From Callorhinchus milii (Eukaryota), in assembly GCF_018977255.1 (NCBI RefSeq), contig NW_024704764.1, forward strand, positions 10,230,001 through 10,294,000: DNA of 64,000 nt. Reading direction: 5' to 3'. The translations under genes and the position numbers were made by a program. Positions 49,530 to 61,752 of the stretch are shown here, piece by piece (position 1 is the stretch's first letter; every line of letters begins with the position of its first letter). The notes under the pieces were generated by a model that was given only the letters and a program-made list of their open reading frames with translations, searched no databases and was not told the DNA's origin.

Positions 49530-50990
49530 CTTCAATGTTTAAGGTCCTATCGCTCACACCTACTCCACTTTGCCTCCACAAATGGCTTCTGCTCCAGTCC
49601 TCGCAACATCTTGTGCAGTGTTCCTCAGGGCTGTGTCCTGGGTCTCTCCTCTTCAACCGGTACATGTTCCCTGTGGTGGCATCATCCGCAGACATGGGTT
49701 CAACATGAACATGTACGTGGATGACACCCAACCCGATCTCTTTGCTACCAACATCAGCCCCAGGACGATTGATGTTCTGATAGACTGTCGGTCAGACTTG
49801 TCCTGGATGAGAGCCAACTTTCTACAGTTGAATGTCAGCAATACTGAGGTTCCACTGATTGGATTTCGCCGTCGCCTCCGCACATCAGGCAGTGGCAGTA
49901 TCAGCATCCAAATAATAATAATAATAATAATCCTTGCATTTGATATATGCTTTTCACGTCGGGAGGATGTCCCAAAGCGCTTCACAGAACACACTGTAAT
50001 GTGAATTGACTGTATATTTGTGGGTGAACGCGGCAGCCAATTGCGCACAGCAATGTCCCACAAACAGTCATAGATTGAAAATGACCAATTTATTATTGTT
50101 TTTGGTTTTGGAGGGATTATTATTAGGCTCTGTGTGGAGTAAGGAAACTTGCCCAAGGTTTCGCCCTCTGCCTGGAATTGAACTCAGGTCTCTCGCTTGC
50201 AAAGCGAGTGCTCTACCACTGAGCTACAGGACTCCAAGGATGCACAGTCCACCTCACCAAGCCAATCAGGAATCTGGGCATTTGGTTTGACTCTCGACAG
50301 TCCTTTACACCCACATCCATGATATTACCAACTCTGGCTTCCCCCAACTCTGCAACATTGCCTAACTCCGCCAGCGCCTCACCCCACAGGCCACTGAGAC
50401 CCTCATACATGACTTCATTATAACTAGGCTCATCATCCCAATGTCTTGATTGCCAACTTTCCCAACTCTTCCCTCCAAAAGCTACAGATCATCCAGACCT
50501 CTACAGCTCATGTCCTATCCTGCACCGGGCTCTGTGACCCCTTCAAACTCACCATAGGTGGCTCCACTGGCTCCACAACCATTAAAAATTCTTGCTCTTC
50601 CCTTCAAGGCTTTCAATGGCCTTGCACCTCCTACCTCACTTATCCCCTTAGCAATCTGTCTGCTCTCTCCGCTCAGCATGCTCAGGCCCACCCCATGCTC
50701 CCTGCCCAGTCCATCCCACCATTGGTGGTTGCGCCATCAGCTTCTCTGCCTCCACCGTCTAGAACCCCATCATACACTCCCTCCGTCTTGCTCCCTCCCT
50801 TGTTTTTTTCAAGGAATGCAGCAAGGCCCTCCTCTTTGAACGTGTTTTCAGCCACTCTCCTCCCCTCTCTGCCCTCCACCGTCCATGATCTGAATGCCCC
50901 ACTGCCACTTGGGTCCTAATCCCTGACTGTTCAGCTTGGGATGACTTGGGATGTCATTCTGATATGAAAGGTGCTTTACAAATGTAATAC
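49530..50990 (+). mobile_element. Degenerate L2/CR1-clade LINE ORF2 3' fragment
   Basis: Frameshifted reverse-transcriptase motifs SVPQGCVLG, MYVDDTQ, WMRANFLQLNVSNTE and LQKLQIIQ. Confidence 0.85.
49911..50236 (-). mobile_element. Full-length SINE inserted into an L2-like LINE (duplicated at 54571-54898)
   Basis: Intact tRNA head and (TTA)n tail; it splits the LINE reverse-transcriptase remnant. Confidence 0.9.
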
Positions 50991-51939
50991 TGTAGTGCGT
51001 TGTATCCTCCAAATGCCTCAGCGTGCTTCACTGACAATAAGTAAAGACACTGAGTGGAGGCATTGAGAAAATCAGGAACATTTCACGTAAAAAAAAAGCA
51101 GGTAATAAATAAGATATAAAATACAAATCTTTTAATGAAACATATTCTTAGATTTTGGATGAAAATATATACTTCTTTATGACAAATTATAAAAATTAGC
51201 AACAGCCAAACATCATGTAAAATTGTAATACGGTGTCGTAAGGAAATACCTGACATTTCAGTAGATTGGGGCGAGCCAAATAAAGAAAACTAGCTGGGAA
51301 TTTACTGGTGGAAATGAGTCCTCTGAGGAACTGAATGATTGGTTACCAGGTTTGATTTGGGATAAACCCGATAGACAGCTGGTGCTGCAAAGTCACCAAA
51401 TCCAACATGTAGCAGCTCTTTCCAACAAATGATAATAATAATATTAATAATAATAATATTAATCCTTGCATTGGATATGGCACCTTATCATGTCATTGAG
51501 ACATCTGAAAGCGCTTCACAGGAACATTGCAAAGTGTTTGACTATGTTTTGTGTGCGAAACGCTGCAGCCAATTATGCACAGCAGTGTCCCACAACCAGT
51601 TATCCCAATAATCCAGATGAATCAATAAATATTAATAAATTAACATGGATATAAACAATAATAAATTAATTAACACAAAGAGGCGTCAACAAACTCACAA
51701 ATAAATATAGCAAATTTTTACTGTTTTCAAAGACTCTGGGAATGAACTACCGCAACCACATTGACGGCATCTTAATATCAAAAGTATCTATGATCCATTT
51801 AGCATTTCTTACAAATATAATAACAAGAACAATAATAAAAATTGCTTTTGAAAATAAATATAATTTAAAATAAATTAAGGAGTTTCTTTATAAATAGTCA
51901 TTGATCTTTTTTCTCAAACGAATGATCTTCAGATGACCT

Positions 51940-53625
51940 TCAGTTTCCTTTCGTCATTCTTGCTGTTAAGATGAGGATTTGCTGTAAGCGAGCTCGGGTC
52001 TCCATCCGGATCACTTCCCAAGCACAGGCGCTGTATCTCTACAATAGACACAGAGAGGCAGGAATTGTGATTAATGACAGTTGCAATTAAATGGAATAAA
52101 ATGTCTCTTTTTTTTCAACGAAAATGATACAATTGGACATAATGTGGTACCTGCTGTTTGAGAAAGTTTTGCAGCTTCCTGAAGTAAGTGTGGATGGTGG
52201 AGAGGGCGCTCAGCATGGAATCAGATGCTGAATCCTGGATGCAATCCTTCACCACTTCCCGCTGAGTGACCAGAAGTTCCCGGAAGTGATTCACCTGCGT
52301 CAGGTCCCAGGTGACGGACTTCATGTTTTTATGGAAAATCTTGTTGAGGTGTTGGAATGTCTTATGCAGCAGCAGAATTCTGTCGTTGTTCTGTGAAAAC
52401 ACACACATGTTCTCATTAATATCCTCAAACTGCTTTCCTCCCTTTCGCTTTCGGTGGCTGCACTTCCAGCCACTGTACCCTGAATCTTTGGAACTCTCTA
52501 CCGCTCTCCCTCGGCCTTGCCACCTCCTTCCCCATCTTCAGATCATTCCTGAAGAGCTTCCTCATCGACCGTGTTAATGGTCACTTATCCAGCTCGGTGT
52601 TGTGCTCCATCACTGTGAAGGTACTCTGAGACACTCCCCTGAGTGAGGGGCAAGTTGTTGTTGTCTATCTCTCCTTGTCACCATTTCACGAATCATAATC
52701 TTTCCCGAGTTCATAGAATCACAGAATTATACAGCACAGAAGGAAAGCTTTTGGCCCATCATGTGTGTGCCGACTGTTTGAAAAGAGCTTTTCCAAGTCA
52801 ACCCCATTCCCCCGCTCCCTCCGCATTACACTGCACACTTGTACTCCCCAAATAATTATCTACTAATCTCTGAAAACTTGTTATCGAATCGGCGTCCACC
52901 ACCCTTCAGTTGTCCTCTCAAAAGCTGACAGAAATTTGCAGACCTTCTCATAACCGCTCTGTCCCTGACAAAGCAATGCCCACACTCCCAGCTTTACTCC
53001 AGCAAACTCCTCATTTATACTCAGCACTTTGTTGCGGAATTGCCTTTTCACCCATCAAACTAACTGCACAGAAACCAGCAGGACCTCACCGTGTCTTGCT
53101 GTATCCTTGCATTTAATGCAGCGACTGCAGCATCCAAACGTGTCCCTAAACTCTGCCGGAGGGGCGATGGTGTGAGACCGAGGAAAGAGCCGCTATTGAC
53201 TCACCTGTAAAGGCTGCAACAACAGGCGCAGGTCCGGGGAGGCGATTCTCAGCTCCGCTCCGACTGCCACACAATGTCTGGGCACATGGCCTCCCTGTAA
53301 CACACATCACCATCAGTCAGTCAGTCAGTCATTCAGTGAGAATCTTCCCCATCCATCACCAGCCCCGGACACACATGGCCTCACACAGCCGCTGCTGCTG
53401 ATGGGAAGCGTTTGATCACCAATACGCGGTGCGCTCCGTGAGAGAGAGGGAGAGAGAGAGAAAGAGAGAGAGGCAGGTGTGAACCAACTCACTTACCATC
53501 TCATCCAAGGTGTTGAGAGTTGTTGCGATCAGAATTTTCTGTAACCGCAGCGTGGAGCAGCCCAGAGTCAGGGAGACGCACAGCATCGCAAACAAACTGA
53601 GACCGCACTGGTAATGTACAGCCAT
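51940..53625 (-). CDS. Type I interferon IFN-C copy 2, 185 aa
   Basis: Exons 53497-53625, 53205-53294, 52151-52390, 51940-52038. Near-identical to copy 1 with intact frame and splice sites. Confidence 0.92.
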
Positions 53626-54179
53626 TCTACAAATCGGCGAGAGGCGATGAAGCGAAGGTGTCCACTAGTGATGGCTGTTGGTCAAGTTGGGAGCTGTTCC
53701 TTCTTGGATGTGTGAGCAGGAGCGCAGCAGAGGTCCAACCGCTTGTATCAGAGCTGATCCACACGGTGCCGGGCTGGCGAGACGGGCTTTTACGGTAACC
53801 AGCATTCTTACATGTCAAAAGCGAAATCCTGAGGTTCTGATGGAAGATGGAATCCAAAACCCGGGGATTTCAGGAACTAAACGGAAAGTTTTGGAAGACT
53901 CCGCAGCTCTGCACAGCGCCACTCGCAGGGCCGCCGCTCACTCTCACTCACTTTCGGATCCAATTACAAATAGAAAGTTAAACGATACCGACTCCGGATT
54001 TCGCTTTGTGGTCAAAGTGAATGTGTGTTTGGGGGGAAGGGGATGTTCTGGTTGAGGAGGGGTTGGTTGAGAGGATGCCATGTTAGAGGAGAGGTCCCTG
54101 GGCACAGCCAATCGTCAGCATTAACCACGAATGCGATTTGCACCAACTCTCTCTGTCATTGCATTTAATGTTGTGACAT

Positions 54180-55670
54180 TTCAGATACTTCAATGGTTTA
54201 GGTCCTATCTCTCACACCCACTCCACTTTGCCTCCACAAATGGCTTCTGCTCCAGTCCTCGCAACATCTTGTGCAGTGTTCCTCAGGGCTGTGTCCTGGG
54301 TCTCTCCTCTTCAACCGGTACATGTTCCCTGTGGTGACATCATCCGCAGACATGGGTTCAACATGCACATGTACGTGGATGACACCCAACCCGATCTCTT
54401 TGCTACCAACATCAGCCCCAGGACGATTGATGTTCTGACAGACTGTCTGTCAGACTTCATGTCCTGGATGAGAGCCAACTTTCTACAGTTGAATGTCAGC
54501 AATACTGAGGTTCCTCTGATTGGCTTTCGCCATCGCCTCCGCACTTCAGGCAGTGGCAGTATCAGCATCCAAATAATAATAATAATAATAATCCTTGCAT
54601 TTGATATAGCACTTTTTACGTCGGGAGGACGTCCCAAAGTGCTTCACAGAACACACTGTATAGTGAATTGACTGCATATTTGTGCGTGAATGCGGCAGCC
54701 AATTGCGCACAGCAATGTCCCACAAACAGTCATAGATTGAAAATGACCAATTTATTATTGTTTTTGGTTTTGGAGGGATTATTATTAGGCTCTGTGTGGA
54801 GTAAGGAAACTTGCCCAAGGTTTCGCCCTCTGCCTGGAATTGAACTCAGGTCTCTCGCTTGCAAAGCGAGTGCTCTACCACAGAGCTGCAGGTCTCCAAG
54901 GATGCACGGTCCACCTCACCAAGCCAATCAGGAATCTGGGCATCTGGTTTAACTCTCAACAGTCCTTTACATCCACATCCATGATATTACCAACTCTGGC
55001 TTCCCCCAATTCTGCAAGGTTGCCTAACTCCGCCAGCGCCTCACCCCACAGGCCACTGAAACCCTCATACATGACTTCATTATAAATATGCTCATCATCC
55101 CAATGTCTTGATTGCCAACCTTCCCAACTCTTCCCTTCAAAAGCTACAGATCATCCAGAGCTCTGCAGCTTATTTACTATCCTCCAACAGGCTCTGTGAC
55201 CCCTTCAAACTCAGTTGGCTCCACTGGCTCCACATCCATCAGAGGATCAAGTTCAAAGTTCTCGCCCCTCCCTTCCAGGCTTTCAATGGCCTTGCACCTC
55301 CTACCTCACCTCTCCCCTTTGCAATCTGTCCGCTCTCTCCGCTCAGCATGCTCAGGCCCACCCCATGCTCCCTGCCCAGTCCATCCCACCATTGGTGGTT
55401 GGGCCATCAGCTTCTCTGCCTCCACCGTCTAGAACCCCATCACACACTCCCTCCGTCTTGCTCCCTCCCTTGTTTTTTTCAAGGAATGCAGCAAGGCCCT
55501 CCTCTTCGAACGTGTTTTCAGCCACTCTCCTCCCCTCTCGGCCCTCCACCGTCCCTGATCTCAATGCCCCACTGCCACTTGGGTCCTAATCCCTGACTGT
55601 TCAGCTTGGGATGACTTGGGATGTCATTCTGATATGAAAGGTGCTTTACAAATGTAATACTGTAGTGTGT
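54180..55670 (+). mobile_element. Duplicate of the L2/CR1 LINE fragment
   Basis: Same motifs plus LHWLHIHQRIKFKVL; split by the same SINE. Confidence 0.85.
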
Positions 55671-56606
55671 TTTATCCTCCAAATGCCTCAGCGTGCTTCA
55701 CTGACAATAAGTAAAGACACTGAGTGGAGGCATTGAGAAAATCAGGAACATTTCACGTAAAAAAAAAGCAGGTAATGAATAAGATATAAAATACAAATCT
55801 TTTAATGAAACATATTCTTAGATTTCGGATGAAAATATATACTTCTTTATGACAAATTATAAAAATTAGCAACAGCCAAACATCATGTAAAACTGTAATA
55901 CGGTGCCGTAAGGAAATACCTGACATTTCAGTAGATTGGGGCGAGCCAAATAAAGAAAACTAGCTGGGAATTTACTGGTGGAAATGAGTCCTCTGAGGAA
56001 CTGAATGATTGGTTACCAGGTTTGATTTGGGATAAACCCGATAGACAGATGGTGCTGCAAAGTCACCAAATCCAACATGTAGCAGCTCTTTCCAACAAAA
56101 GATAATAATATTAATAATAATAATAATCCTTGCATTGGATATGGCACCTTATCATGTCATTGAGACATCTGAAAGCGCTTCACAGGAAACATTGCAAAGT
56201 GTTTGACTGTATGTTTTGTGTGCGAAATGCTGCAGCCAATTATGCACAGCAGTGTTCCACAACCAGTTATCCCAATAATCCAGATGAATCAATAAATATT
56301 AATAAATTAACATGGATATAAATAATAATAAATTAATTAACACAAAGAGGCGTCAACAAACTCACAAATAAATATAGCAAATTTTTACTGTTTTCAAAGA
56401 CTCTGTGAATGAACTACCGCAACCACATTGACGGCGTCTTAATATCAAAAGTATCTATGATCCATTTAGCATTTCTTAAAAATATAATAACAAGAACAAT
56501 AATAAAAATTGCTTTTGAAAATAAATATAATTTAATATAAATTAAGGAGTTTCTTTATAAATAGTCATTGATCTTTTTTCTCAAACGAATGATCTTCAGA
56601 TGACCT

Positions 56607-58295
56607 TCAGTTTCCTTTCGTCATTCTTGCTGTTAAGATGAGGATTTGCTGTAAGTGAGCTCGGGTCTCCATCCGGATCACTTCCCAAGCACAGGCGCTG
56701 TATCTCTACAATAGACACAAAGAGGCAGGAATGGTGATTAATGACAGTTGCAATTAAATGGAATAAAATGTCTCTTTTTTTATGAGCAAAAATGATACGA
56801 TCGGATATAATGTGGTACCTTCTCTTTGAGAAAGTTTTGCAGCTTCCTGAAGTAAGTGTGGATGGTGGAGAGGGCGCTCAGCTTGGAATCAGATGCTGAA
56901 TCATGGATGCAATCCTTCACCACGTCCCGCTGAGTGTCCAGAAGTTCCCGGAAGTGATTCACCTGTGTCAGGTCCCAGGTGACGGATTTCATGTTTTTAT
57001 GGAAAATCTTGTTGAGGTGTTGGAATGTCTTATGCAGCAGCAGAATTCTGTCGTTGTTCTGTGAAAACACACACATGTTCTCATTAATATCCTCAAACTG
57101 CTTTCCTCCCTTTCGCTTTCGGTGGCTGCACTTCCAGCCACTGTACCCTGAAACTCTGGAACTCTCTTCCGCTCTCTCTCGGCCTTGCCACCTGCTTCCC
57201 CATCTTCAGATTATTCCTGAAGACCTTCCTCATCGACCGTGTTAATTGTCACTTATCCAGCTCGGTGTTGTGCTCCATCACTGTGAAGTGACTCTGAGAC
57301 ACTCCCCTGAGTGAGGGGCAAGTTGTTGTTGTCAATCTCTCCTTGTCACCATTTCATTAATCATAATCTTTCCCGAGTTCATAGAATCATAGAATTATAC
57401 AGCACAGAAGGAGAGCATTCGGAACATCGTGTGTGTGCCGACGGTTTGAAAAGAGCTTTTCCAAGTTCCAAGTTCCCAACCCCATTCCCCCGCTCCCTTC
57501 CCATTACACTTGTACTCCCCAAATAATTATCTACTAGTCTCTGAAAATTGTTATCGAATCGGCATCCACCACCCTTCAGTTGTCCTCTCAAAAGCTGACA
57601 GAAATTTGCTGACCTTCTCATAAGCGCTCTGTCCCAGACAAAGCAATGCCCACACTCCCAGCTTTACTCCAGCAAACTCCTCATTTATACTCAGCACTTT
57701 GTTGCGGAATTGCCTTTTCACCTATCACACTAACTGCACAGAAACCAGCAGGACCTCACCGTGTCTTGCTGTATCCTTGCATTTAATGCAGCGACTGCAG
57801 CATCCAAACGTGTCCCTAAACTCTGCCGGAGGGGCGATGGTGTGAGACCGAGGAAAGAGCCGCTATTGACTCACCTGCAAAGGCTGCAACAACAGGCGCA
57901 GGTCCGGGGAGGCGATTCCCTGCTCCGCTCCGACTGCCACACAATGTCTGGGCACACGGCCTCCCTGTAACACACATCACCATCAGTCAGTCAGTCAGTC
58001 ATTCAGTGAGAATCTTCCCCATCCATCACCAGCCCCGGACACACATGGCCTCACACAGCCATTGCTGCTGATGGGAAGCGTTTGATCACCAATACGCGGT
58101 GCGCGCCGTGAGAGAGAGGGAGAGAGAGAGAAAGAGAGAGAGGCAGGTGTGAACCAACTCACTTACCATCTCATCCAAGGTGTTGAGAGTTGTTGCGATC
58201 AGAATTTTCTGTAACCGCAGCGTGGAGCAGCCCAGAGTCAGGGAGACGCACAGCATCGCAAACAAACTGAGACCGCACTGGTAATGTACAGCCAT
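56607..58295 (-). CDS. Type I interferon IFN-C copy 3, 185 aa
   Basis: Exons 58167-58295, 57875-57964, 56819-57058, 56607-56705. Intact, with several private amino-acid changes. Confidence 0.92.
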
Positions 58296-59510
58296 TCTTC
58301 AAATCGGCGAGAGGCGATGAAGCGAAGGTGTCCACTAGTGATGGCTGTTGGTCAAGTTGGGAGCTGTTCCTTCTTGGATGTGTGAGCAGGAGCGCAGCAG
58401 AGGTCCAACCGCTTGTATCAGAGCTGATCCACACGGTGCCGGGCTGGCGAGACGGGCTTTTACGGTAACCAGCATTCTTACATGTCAAAAGCGAAATCCT
58501 GAGGTTCTGATGGAAGATGGAATCCAAAACCCGGGGATTTCAGGAACTAAACGGAAAGTTTTGGAAGACTCCGCAGCTCTGCACAGCGCCACTCGCAGGG
58601 CCGCCGCTCACTCTCACTCACTTTCGGATCCAATTACAAATAGAAAGTTAAACGATACCGACTCCGGATTTAGCTTTGGGACCCAGGAGAATGTGTGTGT
58701 GTGGGGGTGGGGTGGGGGGAAGGGGGTGTTCTGGTTGAGGAGGGGTGTGTGATTCGGTTGAGGGGCTGCCATGTTAGAGGAGAGGTCTCTGGACACAGCC
58801 AATCGTCAGCATTAACCACGAGTGGAGTCAGACTGCGATTTGCACCAACTCTCTCTCTCTCTGTCATTGCATTTCATGTTGTGACATTTTACAACCTCCA
58901 AACACATCAGAATACTTCGCTGACAACCTTGTGCCTTTCCTGTTGATAACCACCGATTGATTTTGAAGTTTAATCTCCACTTCCTATATGTGCTGTCAGG
59001 TACCTCTACAGTTAACCCTTTCAGCCAAGAGCCCCCTCATGTCCATCACGCCGCCTCCGCAGTCCCTCTCCTCTCCGGCACAGTCTGCTGCTCACAGTCT
59101 CCTTCACTCCCAGACAATTCATCTCACCATCCTTCATCTGACGCCCCAATCCCATCTCTGCGATCTTCTCCACCTCCTCTCTCTCGCCCAAATCCCACTT
59201 TCTTGAGATCACTTCCCCTTCATTCTTTTTTTCTAGGACTTAACCTATACCAATACTCCTCCTTGCTTCAGAGAGCTTTTCCTGCGAAGTGACTGTATTT
59301 TCCCTCGCCTCCCTCCTCCCCGTTCCTTTTGAAGCGCTTGGGAGATATTTATTCCCTTCGGCGACACACGGTACAGTAGGTGCGAGTTGTTGTGACAATA
59401 CTGAGCTCTGTATTTTCATTCCGTATTTTTTAATTGCGCAGAATAAACATTTGCGGAGGGCAGTGTCTCGGGGCAGCAGCGCCTGTGGTTCCTGTTTGTG
59501 GCGGAGTCGC

Positions 59511-59818
59511 GGGTGGGAAAGGGAAAGGATTCCGGCTGATTCGTTACGTCACTGGCGGGGGAATCCCTCCCCGGGAATCCCTCCCCGGGAATCCCTCCCC
59601 GGGAATCTCCGGCGCTGCCAAAGTGAAAGTGTTTTGTGTGAGTGTGTGATCCGCTCCGGGAGCGGAAGAGTTTTTCTTTTCGGTTTCACACCCCGAGTAA
59701 CAAAGAGAGAGGGTCGGAGGGAAATGCCCGCGGACGATACTTCACACCCGGTACGGAATACGCCGCGGTACCGGCAGCGAGTTACCGGCAACGAGTTACC
59801 GGCAACGAGTTACCGGCT
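59511..59818. promoter_or_regulatory. Candidate virus-inducible enhancer or promoter (IRF/ISRE, ATF/CRE, tandem NF-kB, RFX motifs)
   Basis: GGGAAAGGGAAA near 59515; TTACGTCA 59544-59551; GGGGAATCCC 59558-59567 within three copies of a 14-bp unit, then GGGAATCTCC 59601-59610; AAAGTGAAAGTG 59620-59631; TTTCGGTTTC 59678-59687; two copies of GTTACCGGCAAC at about 59780-59806. The region is CpG-rich. Confidence 0.6.
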
Positions 59819-60412
59819 TGGTTCGGGAAGGAGCGATTGGCAGTCGGGGAGGAGGTGACCGCAGGAGCCAGAGCCCGGCTGTGAATCCATTGCTGGGCCC
59901 GACAGGTTAGAGTGAGAGATCCGGGCAAAAGGAAACGTGAGTTATTCACGGGAAATAATCCGGTAAAGGCGTTTGTACCACCGAGAGATGACCGTGGCTT
60001 TTGTGCAGAACAAAGTGTCGTTGATTACACAGTATGAACAGTGAAGCGTAGAGACGAGGCCACCGGTGTGAGGAGCAAAACGGTACATGACCCCAAACTT
60101 CCTGCAGCTGAACATCGACAAGACAGAAGCCATACTCCTCTGCTCTCCTGTGGCTCAGACCCCCTCAACCTCCCCGGCCTCACTGAATCTGTATGTAGCC
60201 TTGGTGTCAGGTTCGAGCACAGCTTCCGACCCTAACCAGGACCGCCTTCCTCCACCTCCATCATATTGCCCACCTCCGGTCATACACCCTCAGCCATCAC
60301 CTCCCGCCTCAATTATTCCAACCCTCTCCTTCCCAGTCTCCCCTGACCCACTATCCATAAAATCGAACTAATCTAAAACTCTGCCGCTCCATACTCATCT
60401 GTTCTAAAGTCC

Positions 60413-60736
60413 ATAATAATAGTAATAATCCTTGCATTTAATATAGCGCTTTTCATGTCTTCTCGACGTCCCAAAGCGCTTCACAGAATATACTGTAAAG
60501 TGAATTGACTGTATATTTGTGGGCGAACGCTGCAGCCAATTGCGCACAGCAATGTCCCACAAACAGTCGTGGATTGAAAATGACCAATTTATTATTGTTT
60601 TTGGTTTTGGAGGGATTATTATTAGGCTCTGTGTGGAGTAAGGAAATTTGCCCAAGGTTTGGCCCTCTGCCTGGAATTGAACTCAGGTCTCTCACTTACA
60701 AAGCAAGTGCTCTAACCACTGAGCTACAGGATTCCA
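60413..60736 (-). mobile_element. Full-length young SINE
   Basis: Near-identical to 49911-50236 and likewise flanked by LINE remnants (NFLQLNIDKTEAIL at 60087). Confidence 0.9.
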
Positions 60737-61752
60737 TCCCCTCACCACACTATTCCTCTGCTCCACCATCAGCAGCCACACTTTCAGCCTCTACACCCCA
60801 GAACTTTGAAATATTCTCCCTCAATCCCACCATCTTGCCCCCTCCTTCCCCTTTTTCAGATCATGTCTGAAGACTTTCCTCTTCGATCGAGCCTAAAGGC
60901 TACTTTGAGGGACTATCTAAACAAGACAATGCTGCAATGCAATACGATGCTTAATCAAAATCTAAGAAATTAGGCAACTAGCTTCAGTTACCCTGTATAT
61001 GTTTATTATACACTTTGTCCAAAGCGATACACACTGTCTGAAAGTCATTGTCTAGAAACCAGTGTTTTACCTTTGCCTGTTTAATGACGGAGGAATAGTC
61101 TGCAAAGATTAGCAGACTGTATCCGTCAATACGATGAGATGCTGGGGCTATTTGATATGAAATGGATGAAGATACTTGTTTTTAAAAAAATTCAGCTCAA
61201 GGATATAATAAACAAATATTGACCACAGTTTTGGGCTGTAGTTTGGGTTAGCAGACAGGACCTGTGGTGTGCTTTACTTCATGCTCAGATCACCCGCTTT
61301 ACATTTCACCCTGAACTGCAGCCAATATTTTAAACTTTTCCATCAACAATAAACGTGTATAAGTTCTATTTGAGTGAAGATAATAATGCCTGTGAAATTG
61401 CTAGATTCAAGAAATATTTTGTGTGTGCAGCATATAGTGTCTGTATAAAATACTTTAATGTTTATTACAAGATGGATGTGTTTTTATACCCGACACTGAT
61501 ATTTCAAACCTTTTATTTTTGAAGTGGAAACTGCAAAAATGGTGAAATGGACAGCTCTATATAGTAGACATTTCCACAGATGGTTACATAACTATAACAG
61601 TTTCAAATCTTCCATATACAGTACAAATTGGATTTTAATTATATAATTAATTGAAAAGTGTTAGCACATTATTTTTTCTATTAAAAAAAATCTGATAGAG
61701 TATTTGGCTCTTTGAAAGCTGCTCCTCGTGTGTTGCATTCTCTGCAGGGTCC

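Larger units (their letters stand above)
46260..59050. repeat. Tandem segmental triplication of the IFN-C unit (periods about 5.1 and 4.7 kb)
   Basis: IFN-C ATGs at 48489, 53625 and 58295. Introns and promoters are near-identical in all three copies, and the L2+SINE spacer recurs between copies. Confidence 0.95.

Noticed and set aside
50155-50236. tRNA-like sequences (also near 2600-2675, 54820-54898 and 60655-60736)
   Set aside because: These are SINE heads continuous with the SINE body, not tRNA genes.
59559-59818. CRISPR-like short repeats
   Set aside because: No unique spacers, no cas genes, and a eukaryotic context.
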